From assembly GCA_964637115.1 (NCBI GenBank), contig CAZWVL010000014.1:1-18326 (forward strand): a stretch of 18,326 bases of DNA. Reading direction: 5' to 3'. The notes below the pieces were generated by a model that was given only the letters and a program-made list of their open reading frames with translations, searched no databases and was not told where the DNA came from. The first letter of the stretch is position 1. The number at the start of each line of letters is the position of its first letter. The stretch is from an uncultured Methanosarcinales archaeon (GTDB taxonomy: Archaea; Nanobdellota; Nanobdellia; Woesearchaeales; ARS49). Of the stretch, positions 7,803 to 15,304 are shown one piece after another. A program made the position numbers and the translations under genes.

Positions 7803-10607
7803 ATGGCACTTGATTTTCACAAGCTAGCAAGAAAATGGCAAAGGAAATGGAAAAGCCAGCACGTGTTTGAAGCAGATATGGATACAAACAAGCAGAAGTT
7901 CTTTCTGACTACACCATATCCGTATGTCAATGGATTGCTACATATTGGACACACTTATACTTACATGCGCGTAGAAGCGTTTGCACGATTCAAAAGAATG
8001 AGAGGCTACAATGTGCTGTTTCCATTTGCATTCCACGCAACCGGAGCGCCAATTGACACAGCTGCAAAAAGAGTGGCAGAAGGCGAAGAGAAACAGATAA
8101 ACGCACTCAAGATGATGGGCTTTACTGATATTGAAGCTTTCAAAGATCCCATACACTGGATAAAGACATTTTCTAAAGGTGCAGAGAAAGATTTGAACGA
8201 ATATGGGCTGGCGATAGACTGGAGAAGAAGCTTCATAACTACAGACCTTAATCCAAGATATGACAAGTTCATCAAATGGCAATTTAATACTCTCAAGAAA
8301 AAAGGACTAGTTGCACAAGGAGAACATCCGGTTGTTTGGTGTTCAAAAGAAAACACTCCAGTAGGTGACCACGCACGTTCTGAAGGCGAAGGAGAAACAC
8401 CACAAGAGATGATTGTGTTAAAGTTCAGGGCAGACGGTCATATTTTACCGTGTGCGACTTTTAGGCCCGAGACAATATTTGGAGTTACAAACATCTGGGT
8501 AAATCCTGAGTTGACGTATATTGAAGCAGATGTAGACGGCGAGCACTGGATGATAACAGAACAGTGCATGCGCAAACTGGCTGACCAAAAGCATACTGTG
8601 AAAGAGATTAGAAAGATATCAGGCAAAGAGATTGTTGGAGCAAATGTCACAAATCCGGTGACTGGGACAAAGATTCCAGTATATCCAGCGCATTTTGTAA
8701 CAGCAGATACTGGAACTGGCATTGTCATGAGCGTGCCAAGCCACGCACCATACGACTGGATGGCACTAAAAGAACTGCAGGACAAAAATTATTCTGGAGC
8801 TAAAGAGATAAAACCGATTTCGCTAATTTCTGTTGAAGGATTTGGAGAACATCCGGCAGTAGAAATGTGCACGAAGATGGGCATAAAGAATACTTCAGAC
8901 GCCAAACTTGAAGAAGCAACAGGCGAAGTATACAAAAAAGAGTTCCACACAGGAAAATTAAAACAGAATACCGGAAAGTACGCAGGAAAGACAATACAAG
9001 GAGCAAAACCAGAGATAATAGCGGATCTAACTTCTGAGAAAAAAGCAGTTATCTTGTTGGAATTGATAAATCCGGTCATTTGCCGATGCCTGACAAGGTG
9101 TCATGTTAAGATTGTTGACAATCAATGGTTCTTACGATATGGAGACACTGCTTGGAAACAGCAGGCAATGAAATGTTTGCAAGAAATGAAACTTTATCCT
9201 GAGAAAATAAGACCGCAATTTGAGTATGTGGTTGACTGGCTGAAAGACTGGGCGTGCACAAGAGAATTCGGATTTGGCACGGATTTGCCATGGGACAAAA
9301 AATGGAAAATAGAAAGTCTCAGTGATAGCACAATTTACAATGCGTTTTACACTATTGTACACCATTTGAAGAAAGTGCCACTTGGCAAAATAAAGGACAG
9401 ATTGTTTGATTATGTGTTCTTAGGAATCGGAGACCCAGATGAATTGGGCGTGGATGTTAAAGTATTGCAGGACATGCAAAGAGAATTCAGATACTGGTAT
9501 CCGGTAGATTTCAGAAGCTCAGGAAAAGACTTAGTGCAGAATCATCTGACATTCTACATCTTCAATCATACAGGCTGCTTCCCAGAACAATACTGGCCAA
9601 GAGGAATTGCCGTTAATGGTTACGTGAGCATCCAGAAACAGAAGATGAGCAAGAGCAAAGGAAACTTCAAGACACTTAGAGATGTGATTAAAGCATTCGG
9701 CGCAGATATTGTAAGAATAAGCATTTTATCGACGGGAGAAGAACTAAATGACGTTGACTGGGACCCCGATCTAGCAGAAACAATGAAGGGCAAATTAGAG
9801 CAATGGTATGATTTCGCACTCAAAAATTACGGCAAAAATGGCGTTACTCGAGCAAAAAACGAGATAGACAAATGGATGGAGCATCAACTGCATTCCGCAA
9901 TAAAGGATGCTACTACTGCAATGGATGAGACGTTGTATAGGACGGCGCTTGCACGCGGATACTTTGACGTACAAAGACATTTGAAATGGTACATCAGAAG
10001 AACAGCAGGAGAAATGAATCAGGATGTGCTTAATCAGATTATTGAAGCACAGACGTTGATGCTGCAGCCATTTACGCCGCATCTTTGTGAAGAAATATGG
10101 TCAAAATTAGAGAAACCACAGTTAATTGTAAATGAGAAATGGCCTCAACATGATGAAAACAAGATAAATCCTGCAATAGAGCAGGCAGAAGGATTAATGG
10201 CACAAGTGCTTGACGATGTAGGACAAATATTGAAATTGGCAAAAGTTGACAGGCCCGTCATGATAACATTATTTGTTGCGCACGACTGGAAAGCAAAGTT
10301 GTTTATAAAATTGAAAGAAATAATGGCAAGTACAAGGGATATTGGGCAGATCATGAAGGCCATTATGGCGGAGTTCAAAGAACACGCACAGGAAGCTAGC
10401 GGACTTGTGCAGAAGATTGCGAAAGATCCAAGCAAATTGCCCAAGCAAATGGCACACCAGGAAGCAGAATACCAGAATTTGATGGACGCGATTGCGTTCT
10501 TCAAACAGGAATTTGGATGCCCTGTCGACATAATCAAAGAACAAGAAAGCGCTGAAGCAAAAGCAAAACAAGCACTGCCTGGAAAACCGGCGATACTCGT
10601 CAAATGA
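7803..10607 (+). CDS. leuS: Leucine--tRNA ligase, archaeal type, single chain
   Basis: PYPYVNGLLHIGH (HIGH), KMSKSKGN, editing-domain motifs TFRPET and GTGIVMSVPSHAPYD, GKDLVQNHL and C-terminal KALPGKPAILV. ATG 7803 preferred over TTG 7761. Confidence 0.97.
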   Translation: MALDFHKLARKWQRKWKSQHVFEADMDTNKQKFFLTTPYPYVNGLLHIGHTYTYMRVEAFARFKRMRGYNVLFPFAFHATGAPIDTAAKRVAEGEEKQINALKMMGFTDIEAFKDPIHWIKTFSKGAEKDLNEYGLAIDWRRSFITTDLNPRYDKFIKWQFNTLKKKGLVAQGEHPVVWCSKENTPVGDHARSEGEGETPQEMIVLKFRADGHILPCATFRPETIFGVTNIWVNPELTYIEADVDGEHWMITEQCMRKLADQKHTVKEIRKISGKEIVGANVTNPVTGTKIPVYPAHFVTADTGTGIVMSVPSHAPYDWMALKELQDKNYSGAKEIKPISLISVEGFGEHPAVEMCTKMGIKNTSDAKLEEATGEVYKKEFHTGKLKQNTGKYAGKTIQGAKPEIIADLTSEKKAVILLELINPVICRCLTRCHVKIVDNQWFLRYGDTAWKQQAMKCLQEMKLYPEKIRPQFEYVVDWLKDWACTREFGFGTDLPWDKKWKIESLSDSTIYNAFYTIVHHLKKVPLGKIKDRLFDYVFLGIGDPDELGVDVKVLQDMQREFRYWYPVDFRSSGKDLVQNHLTFYIFNHTGCFPEQYWPRGIAVNGYVSIQKQKMSKSKGNFKTLRDVIKAFGADIVRISILSTGEELNDVDWDPDLAETMKGKLEQWYDFALKNYGKNGVTRAKNEIDKWMEHQLHSAIKDATTAMDETLYRTALARGYFDVQRHLKWYIRRTAGEMNQDVLNQIIEAQTLMLQPFTPHLCEEIWSKLEKPQLIVNEKWPQHDENKINPAIEQAEGLMAQVLDDVGQILKLAKVDRPVMITLFVAHDWKAKLFIKLKEIMASTRDIGQIMKAIMAEFKEHAQEASGLVQKIAKDPSKLPKQMAHQEAEYQNLMDAIAFFKQEFGCPVDIIKEQESAEAKAKQALPGKPAILVK

Positions 10608-11140
10608 AAGAAACAGAAGTTAAAATTCTGGAAGTAAATGTTGCAGGAATACAACGAAAATTACGCAAGCTTGGCGCTAAAAAGGTTGAAGAATGCATTA
10701 TTCACGAGAGGATTTTTGATTTTGCTGACAAACCAATACCAAAAGGAGAATTGTGCAGAGTGCGCCACCACGGCAATAGAACAGAAATCACGTACAAACA
10801 AAACCCAACAAAAGGGACAAAATTTCTTGAGCACGACGAATATCAGACAAATGTTGATGATTTTGAAGAAATGTGCAAAATATTCCAGTGCATTGGAATG
10901 AAAATAAAAGCTGATAGACAAAAAAGGAGAATTTCTTATAAGCTTGGAAAAATAAAATTTGAAATTGACAAATATCCAACCATTCCAGCATATATGGAAG
11001 TTGAAGGAACGCGCAGTGACATTGTAAGAGCCCTGAAGAAGTTAGGATATACGCTTAAAGACACCACAAATATGTCAGGATCGCAAGTTCTGAAGCAGTA
11101 TGGCGTGAATGTGAAGTATCAGCGATTCAAAAATAAGTAG
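10604..11140 (+). CDS. cyaB: CYTH-domain protein (class IV adenylate cyclase / triphosphate tunnel metalloenzyme)
   Basis: N-terminal ETEVK (ExExK), CRVR, ITYK, K.R.SY and EIDKYP...YMEVEG. ATGA overlap with the leuS stop suggests translational coupling. The actual substrate is not established. Confidence 0.85.
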   Translation: MKETEVKILEVNVAGIQRKLRKLGAKKVEECIIHERIFDFADKPIPKGELCRVRHHGNRTEITYKQNPTKGTKFLEHDEYQTNVDDFEEMCKIFQCIGMKIKADRQKRRISYKLGKIKFEIDKYPTIPAYMEVEGTRSDIVRALKKLGYTLKDTTNMSGSQVLKQYGVNVKYQRFKNK

Positions 11141-11411
11141 GCGGACACGCCCAAGAGTGGGTACACAAGTACACAAGAGTTTCGCCTCATGCCTTTCTCA
11201 GTTCCGCAACCCGACAAGCATTGAGAACTACAGTTATGGTTGCTACCGTCAGGTCCTGGCCAGATTCCTGCAGCCACAATCCTGCCGGACAGAACGTCAG
11301 TGTCCAGCACAAGACTCCTGCGCAGATCGTGCACTGCCTCTCGAACTTCGACACCGTTTAAAGCCCGTTAACGGTAACAGGAGAGGGCTAATCTCCCTGC
11401 CTAGTCCGCCC
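11139..11411 (-). ncRNA. ffs: Archaeal signal recognition particle (7S/SRP) RNA, non-canonical S domain
   Basis: Helix 1 GGCGGAC/GUCCGCC. Alu domain with a UGU motif and complementary loops AGCCC (11385-11389) and GGGCU (11362-11366). Helix 5 pairings GUGCACGA/UUGUGUAC, UGCGCAGGAGU/ACUCUUGUGUA and CUUGUGCU/GGCAUGAG; their G-U wobbles fix the minus strand. SRP54 site GGC-CAGG-ACC-UGAC-GGU-AGCA-ACC. Own promoter 22 nt upstream. Confidence 0.93.
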
Positions 11412-11432
11412 ATGTAGAAAACAATTTGATGC

Positions 11433-11450
11433 TTTAAAAAGGTTTCGACG
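11433..11450 (-). promoter_or_regulatory. BRE-TATA (CGTCGAAACC-TTTTTAAA) for the SRP RNA
   Basis: CGAAA BRE-like element directly 5' of TTTTTAAA, which ends 22 nt before the RNA 5' end. Confidence 0.75.
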
Positions 11451-11454
11451 AGAA

Positions 11455-12258
11455 CTACTTTGGCGGAGACGCTGTAGGTGGCACTTGTGTGTTTGGCAAT
11501 TTTTTCAGGGCGTTCTGGAAATAAGTTGCCATTTCATCAAGCATAGTGTGGAATCCTTCTATTTTTGGCCCAACAACTGTTTTAAGCATTCTTGCATAAG
11601 TCAACGCGTCTGAAATTTCTTTTGCAGCTTGCCCATATTCATGCTCCTGTTTAATAACAGCAGCTTCACGGTCCTTGAGATCTTTTCTCATTCCACTCAA
11701 CTCATTGGTTTTTCTCTCAAGATTGAGCTCCAAAATGCCCAATTCCTCAGAGCGTGCTTTTAATTTGACATCATAATCATTAACACGAGCCAGTTCAGCA
11801 TCATAACGCCTGCCTTTCTCAGTTACTTCGGCTTCACGCGCTTTCGCGTCGGCCAAATACTGCATATTTTCTTTCCTAATTTTTTCATCTTCCTGCGCTT
11901 TATCTCCCACAATCTTCATACGCTCTTCGAGAGTAGCACGCTCTCTTTCCGTAAGGCGATTAAAATATAAAAGAAGAGATTCACGCAATGCCACAGTATT
12001 TTGAGGCATTGCCTTGTCAATTTCTTCAATTTCACTGAGATATTTCTGATAATTCTTGCTTTTTGCAAACATTATCTCCTGCCGGTCAGGGGGCGAATTT
12101 GGAAATTCATTCTTAATGTACCACGCTTTCAGCTCTTCCTTTCTCCTGGAAACGTCGCCTTCAGCCAGAATTTTAGCTAACTCATCAATTGTCTTAAATC
12201 CAGCAGGGATGGCATACAGTATGTCATCCTTCTTACCGTGCTTTGATGTCTCATTCAT
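11455..12258 (-). CDS. Hypothetical coiled-coil protein (267 aa)
   Basis: Long open frame, rich in E/K/R/A with heptad-like runs (e.g. LKARSEELGILELNLERKTNELSGMRKDLKDRE). BRE-TATA (CGAAA, TTTATAAAA 12290-12282) ends 24 nt upstream. No family recognised. Confidence 0.75.
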   Translation of the reverse strand: MNETSKHGKKDDILYAIPAGFKTIDELAKILAEGDVSRRKEELKAWYIKNEFPNSPPDRQEIMFAKSKNYQKYLSEIEEIDKAMPQNTVALRESLLLYFNRLTERERATLEERMKIVGDKAQEDEKIRKENMQYLADAKAREAEVTEKGRRYDAELARVNDYDVKLKARSEELGILELNLERKTNELSGMRKDLKDREAAVIKQEHEYGQAAKEISDALTYARMLKTVVGPKIEGFHTMLDEMATYFQNALKKLPNTQVPPTASPPK

Positions 12259-12278
12259 ATACTACTACATAGTAGTAT
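12259..12278. repeat. Perfect 9-2-9 inverted repeat, candidate operator
   Basis: ATACTACTA-CA-TAGTAGTAT fills the gap between the TATA box and the ATG of the coiled-coil gene. Confidence 0.8.
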
Positions 12279-12361
12279 CACTTTTATAAAGCTTTCGGCT
12301 GAAGTACGTCTCTTTTTAAGGCAACAAATCATTTTATAGCAAAAGGCTTTTTCGCTGGCAT

Positions 12362-12826
12362 ATGGCGCCAAAGATACACTTTGGACAGGACGCGTTTCTA
12401 ATACATCTAAAAGACTCGCACGTTTTAGTAGGCAATGGACCAAGCTTCATGGATGTAGAAATAGCGGGCACACTCAAAGCAGATGGTGTTGAAGAGAAGA
12501 AGCACATTCAGGATGTTGTTGCTACAAAGAAAAAAGAAGGAATCATCATACAACTGCCTGAAGGGACAATTAGCTACATATATGCGGCAGGTGCTAAGGC
12601 AAAAGAATACGGCGCAGATGTATTAGTACTTGCCACACCTGACGAAAAAATAATCAGCAAAGTGCAGCCAAAACTCTGCGTTTTGATGAACAGCAATGTT
12701 TACACTGCACGCGAACTACATCAAAAAACAGGCATACAAGTAATAGCAGCACAGCACGGAATGACAATTGACCTTTCAGACTACAATGCAACATCAAAGC
12801 AGAAAGCACTTTCTCAGTATCGCTAA
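12362..12826 (+). CDS. Hypothetical protein, possibly a degenerate metallo-beta-lactamase-fold protein with a PIP-like C-terminus
   Basis: 154 aa with a beta-rich pattern (FLIHL, IIIQLPEGTISY, DVLVL, PKLCVL, GMTIDL) reminiscent of MBL-fold proteins, but no HxHxDH motif. Ends QKALSQYR. TTTTATAG box ends 23 nt upstream. Confidence 0.55.
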   Translation: MAPKIHFGQDAFLIHLKDSHVLVGNGPSFMDVEIAGTLKADGVEEKKHIQDVVATKKKEGIIIQLPEGTISYIYAAGAKAKEYGADVLVLATPDEKIISKVQPKLCVLMNSNVYTARELHQKTGIQVIAAQHGMTIDLSDYNATSKQKALSQYR

Positions 12827-12841
12827 CTGCTATTACCGAGT

Positions 12842-12868
12842 ACATCAGAATTCTTCGAATTCCGATGT
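12842..12868. terminator. Hairpin between convergent genes
   Basis: Minus strand ACATCGGAATTC-GAA-GAATTCTGATGT gives a 12-bp stem with one G-U pair, directly after the presenilin-like stop codon. Confidence 0.55.
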
Positions 12869-13726
12869 TTACAACAAAAGAAGAGTAATGACATAGCCGA
12901 ATGCGCAACCTAAAGTCAGGAAGGGCATTGCAGGATAGAATTTGTCACGCTGGCTCATCAATAACAGGATGAAAAGAGAAGCAGTTGCGCCAAGGGCGAC
13001 AATAAATGCGTTAAGGAAACCGGATGCTACTAAGACAGTTCCTGCAAATATCAATGGAAAACCAATGTCTCCGCCGCCTAACACAGCAGTACGGACTTGT
13101 TTCTTAGGACCACGAATAGATGGAATGCGGTATGGCAATAACAAGCCGGCAAAAATACCGCTCTTTGTCTGGAATTTTGCCATCTTAATCATATGCTTGC
13201 TGTGCCAAACGGCGTACATGTCATAGACTGAGAGTGCGAGAAGCAAGATAAACGCGTAAAAGACGTCTAATATTGGAACAAATATCCTCGCAAGACCGCC
13301 ATAAATGAATAATTCAGTTATATTGTGAACGTATAGATTGGGTTTGAAGATTTTAAACCAACTAAGTAACAAAGCGAGCAATAAAGCATACGTTGTCGGA
13401 ATAAATGCGCCAAGAGCAATTGCAAGACACACTGTAACCGCAAAATAAAACCAAATCTTCCACAAAAACGTCTGAGCAAACTTAATGATGAGCAGAATCA
13501 AGAGTGTTCCAACAATAACTGCGCCAATAATGTACCACATACTAAATGCAGGCGAGCTTTCTTCAGAAGTTGGACAGTCGATAAAAGGACACTGATTAAA
13601 AACGAGCTTTCCCTGCTCCGCAGAAGCTTGAACGTCAATATAAGCATTAATTATTCCGAGACCAATCACCTGCGCTCCGAAAAACAAGACCAGCAAAAAA
13701 CAAGTCACAATCCCGGTGTGTTTCAT
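12869..13726 (-). CDS. Presenilin/signal-peptide-peptidase family intramembrane aspartyl protease (PSH-like)
   Basis: Catalytic YD (SVYDMYAVW), GxGD (VLGGGDIGFP) and PAL-type (YPAMPFL) motifs in a multi-TM protein of 285 aa. Confidence 0.93.
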   Translation of the reverse strand: MKHTGIVTCFLLVLFFGAQVIGLGIINAYIDVQASAEQGKLVFNQCPFIDCPTSEESSPAFSMWYIIGAVIVGTLLILLIIKFAQTFLWKIWFYFAVTVCLAIALGAFIPTTYALLLALLLSWFKIFKPNLYVHNITELFIYGGLARIFVPILDVFYAFILLLALSVYDMYAVWHSKHMIKMAKFQTKSGIFAGLLLPYRIPSIRGPKKQVRTAVLGGGDIGFPLIFAGTVLVASGFLNAFIVALGATASLFILLLMSQRDKFYPAMPFLTLGCAFGYVITLLLL

Positions 13727-13747
13727 GAGGTTTGCGAAACGTGAAGC

Positions 13748-13757
13748 TTTTTATAAA
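13748..13757. promoter_or_regulatory. Single overlapping bidirectional TATA element (TTTTTATAAA)
   Basis: Plus-strand TTTTTATA ends 23 nt before ATG 13778. Minus-strand TTTATAAA ends 24 nt before ATG 13726. Confidence 0.65.
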
Positions 13758-13777
13758 TTTACGCATTTGCACAGAAA

Positions 13778-14239
13778 ATGCGATGGATACACAGAGCAAC
13801 ACTCACTGCGCTGGGAAAGCCGGAAGAAAATGTAGAAGAGGTCAGAGAAGGAATACGCGCATTGGTGCCGTTTAATCTTGAAGAAGCAAAAGTGCCATTT
13901 CAAACTCAGAATGCAGAGGGGTTTGATGACAGAATAATCAAAATTTTCACAATTGTGCTGATGAAAGAAGCACATACGAATGACTTTTTGCAGTTTTTAC
14001 TGGATAATTTGAGCGATGAACAGAAGCAATTGATTATTTCACAAGCGGAGAGCAGACTGGACGAAGAATACGACTTTTTCATGCGCATTGACAAAGATGC
14101 ATGGATAGATGAAAGGAAGATTTTATTCACGGACAGCGGGAATTGCTTTCATATTAAGATGTCATTGGCAGTATTCCCAAAAAAGAAGGAAGCTGCTTTA
14201 CAGCTGGTTGAAAAAATATTCAACCAGAAAAATATATAA
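13778..14239 (+). CDS. Archaeal RNA-binding protein, COG1325-like (predicted exosome-associated)
   Basis: Pattern E..E.V...I..L.P, EG...R.I, SRLDEEYDFFMRIDK and DSGNCFHIKM resembles the COG1325 family (R.D....LY.R.DK, D.D.I.I). Confidence 0.7.
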   Translation: MRWIHRATLTALGKPEENVEEVREGIRALVPFNLEEAKVPFQTQNAEGFDDRIIKIFTIVLMKEAHTNDFLQFLLDNLSDEQKQLIISQAESRLDEEYDFFMRIDKDAWIDERKILFTDSGNCFHIKMSLAVFPKKKEAALQLVEKIFNQKNI

Positions 14240-14262
14240 AGACTGTGATGCTGAGCAAACAT

Positions 14263-14481
14263 ATGGCACGCGCGATGAGATATGCACCAATAAAGACAAG
14301 CTTCATGGCTGCTTCCATGATAGGATTCCTAATCAGCGCGTTATACCTTCCACAGTTCTCACGGACTTGGGCGTTTGCATTTGGATTAATATTCACGTTA
14401 ATGTTCGTTGCAAGTTTAATCTCAATGGTACACGCGACACCTGACGAACAGTTGTCGCCAATTCCAAGAAAAATGTTATAG
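14263..14481 (+). CDS. Small two-TM membrane protein (72 aa)
   Basis: Start moved to ATG 14263 because TATATAAA (14233-14240) ends 23 nt upstream. Two hydrophobic helices: SFMAASMIGFLISALYL and WAFAFGLIFTLMFVASLISMV. Confidence 0.75.
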   Translation: MARAMRYAPIKTSFMAASMIGFLISALYLPQFSRTWAFAFGLIFTLMFVASLISMVHATPDEQLSPIPRKML

Positions 14482-14494
14482 GGAGGAAATAAAA

Positions 14495-15277
14495 ATGAAA
14501 ATAATATGGGTTTTGGGAATTATCGCATTATTATTCCTGGTAGCATGTGCGCCGCAAGCACCGCCAGAAAGAAAAGAAGTGGTTACGGAGCCTGTGACAG
14601 AACCAGCAGCACCAGTTGTGCAAGAGCCGGAAACTGGCAGAGCACCACCAGTACGCGCATTGCCGTCAGAAAGACAGACAACACAACCGCCATCAGAAGT
14701 GGTAGTAACGCAGAAAGTGACAATGAGCCCTGCACTTCGTGATTTATTGAAGAGAGCAGATGAGAAAGTTTCATCACTGCAATACTTGTATGGCGGTACG
14801 GACACAAGCGACTTGTTCCTGAATACATATTTGGTAAAAGGAACAAAAATGAGAATCAAGATGTATGAAGAAGACTATTACGTCAGAGAAGGATACTATG
14901 ACAATGTCTATCTGGATGCGGGTGTTGGCTGCTGCGAAGAAAACAGCAGATGCAAGAGCCACAACATAGACAACACAGGCAAAAAGTTTGACGTGGATGC
15001 CTCTATGCTGAAGATACCGAAGACGCCATATCAGTGGACTAAGGAGATACCAGCAGATGCGAAGATTGTGGGACCACAAACCGTCAACAGCAGAAGCGTA
15101 ACGTACCTCACGTACAGCCTGCCAGACGGTTCAGGAGTAGAGATGTGGGTAGACGACACGTATGGAGTGCCGCACAAGGTCATTGTTGACAAGAATGGAA
15201 ACAAAATGAAATACCAGTTCAACGACATGACCTTCAACTCACTGAAGGACACTGACTTCGTGCCACCTTGCGCGTAA
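14495..15277 (+). CDS. Putative lipoprotein with a Pro/Glu/Thr-rich stalk and a LolA-like C-terminal domain
   Basis: Signal MKIIWVLGIIALLFLVA-C (lipobox LVAC), SD GGAGG at 14482-14486, low-complexity linker, and C-terminal EMWVDDTYGVPHKV...YQFNDMTFNSLKDTDFVPP resembling LolA/LppX-like domain ends. Confidence 0.7.
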   Translation: MKIIWVLGIIALLFLVACAPQAPPERKEVVTEPVTEPAAPVVQEPETGRAPPVRALPSERQTTQPPSEVVVTQKVTMSPALRDLLKRADEKVSSLQYLYGGTDTSDLFLNTYLVKGTKMRIKMYEEDYYVREGYYDNVYLDAGVGCCEENSRCKSHNIDNTGKKFDVDASMLKIPKTPYQWTKEIPADAKIVGPQTVNSRSVTYLTYSLPDGSGVEMWVDDTYGVPHKVIVDKNGNKMKYQFNDMTFNSLKDTDFVPPCA

Positions 15278-15300
15278 GCGCATTATTTTTTTCTTATTTA
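15269..15300 (+). terminator. Hairpin plus T-tract terminator
   Basis: TGCGC-GTAA-GCGCA (GNRA loop containing the stop codon) followed by TTATTTTTTTCTTATTTA. Confidence 0.6.
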
Positions 15301-15304
15301 TTTT

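Noticed and set aside
7803-10607. Split, frameshifted, intein-containing or editing-deficient LeuRS
   Set aside because: It is a single uninterrupted ORF of normal length with HIGH, KMSKS and CP1 editing motifs intact.
10604-11140. CYTH gene as a cyclic-nucleotide anti-phage signalling system
   Set aside because: No effector or sensor genes are nearby, and the context is housekeeping (coupled to leuS).
11161-11177. Tandem repeat GTACACAA x2
   Set aside because: Both copies pair with separate 5' segments of SRP helix 5, so it is not a CRISPR or VNTR.
11139-11411. RNase P RNA as the identity of this GC-rich region
   Set aside because: There is no GAGGAAAGUCC or P4 consensus, while the SRP Alu and SRP54 motifs are present.
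11119-11417. ORFs 11119..11334 (-) and 11157..11417 (+)
   Set aside because: They are shadows of the SRP RNA gene. The region is fully explained by RNA pairing and its own promoter.
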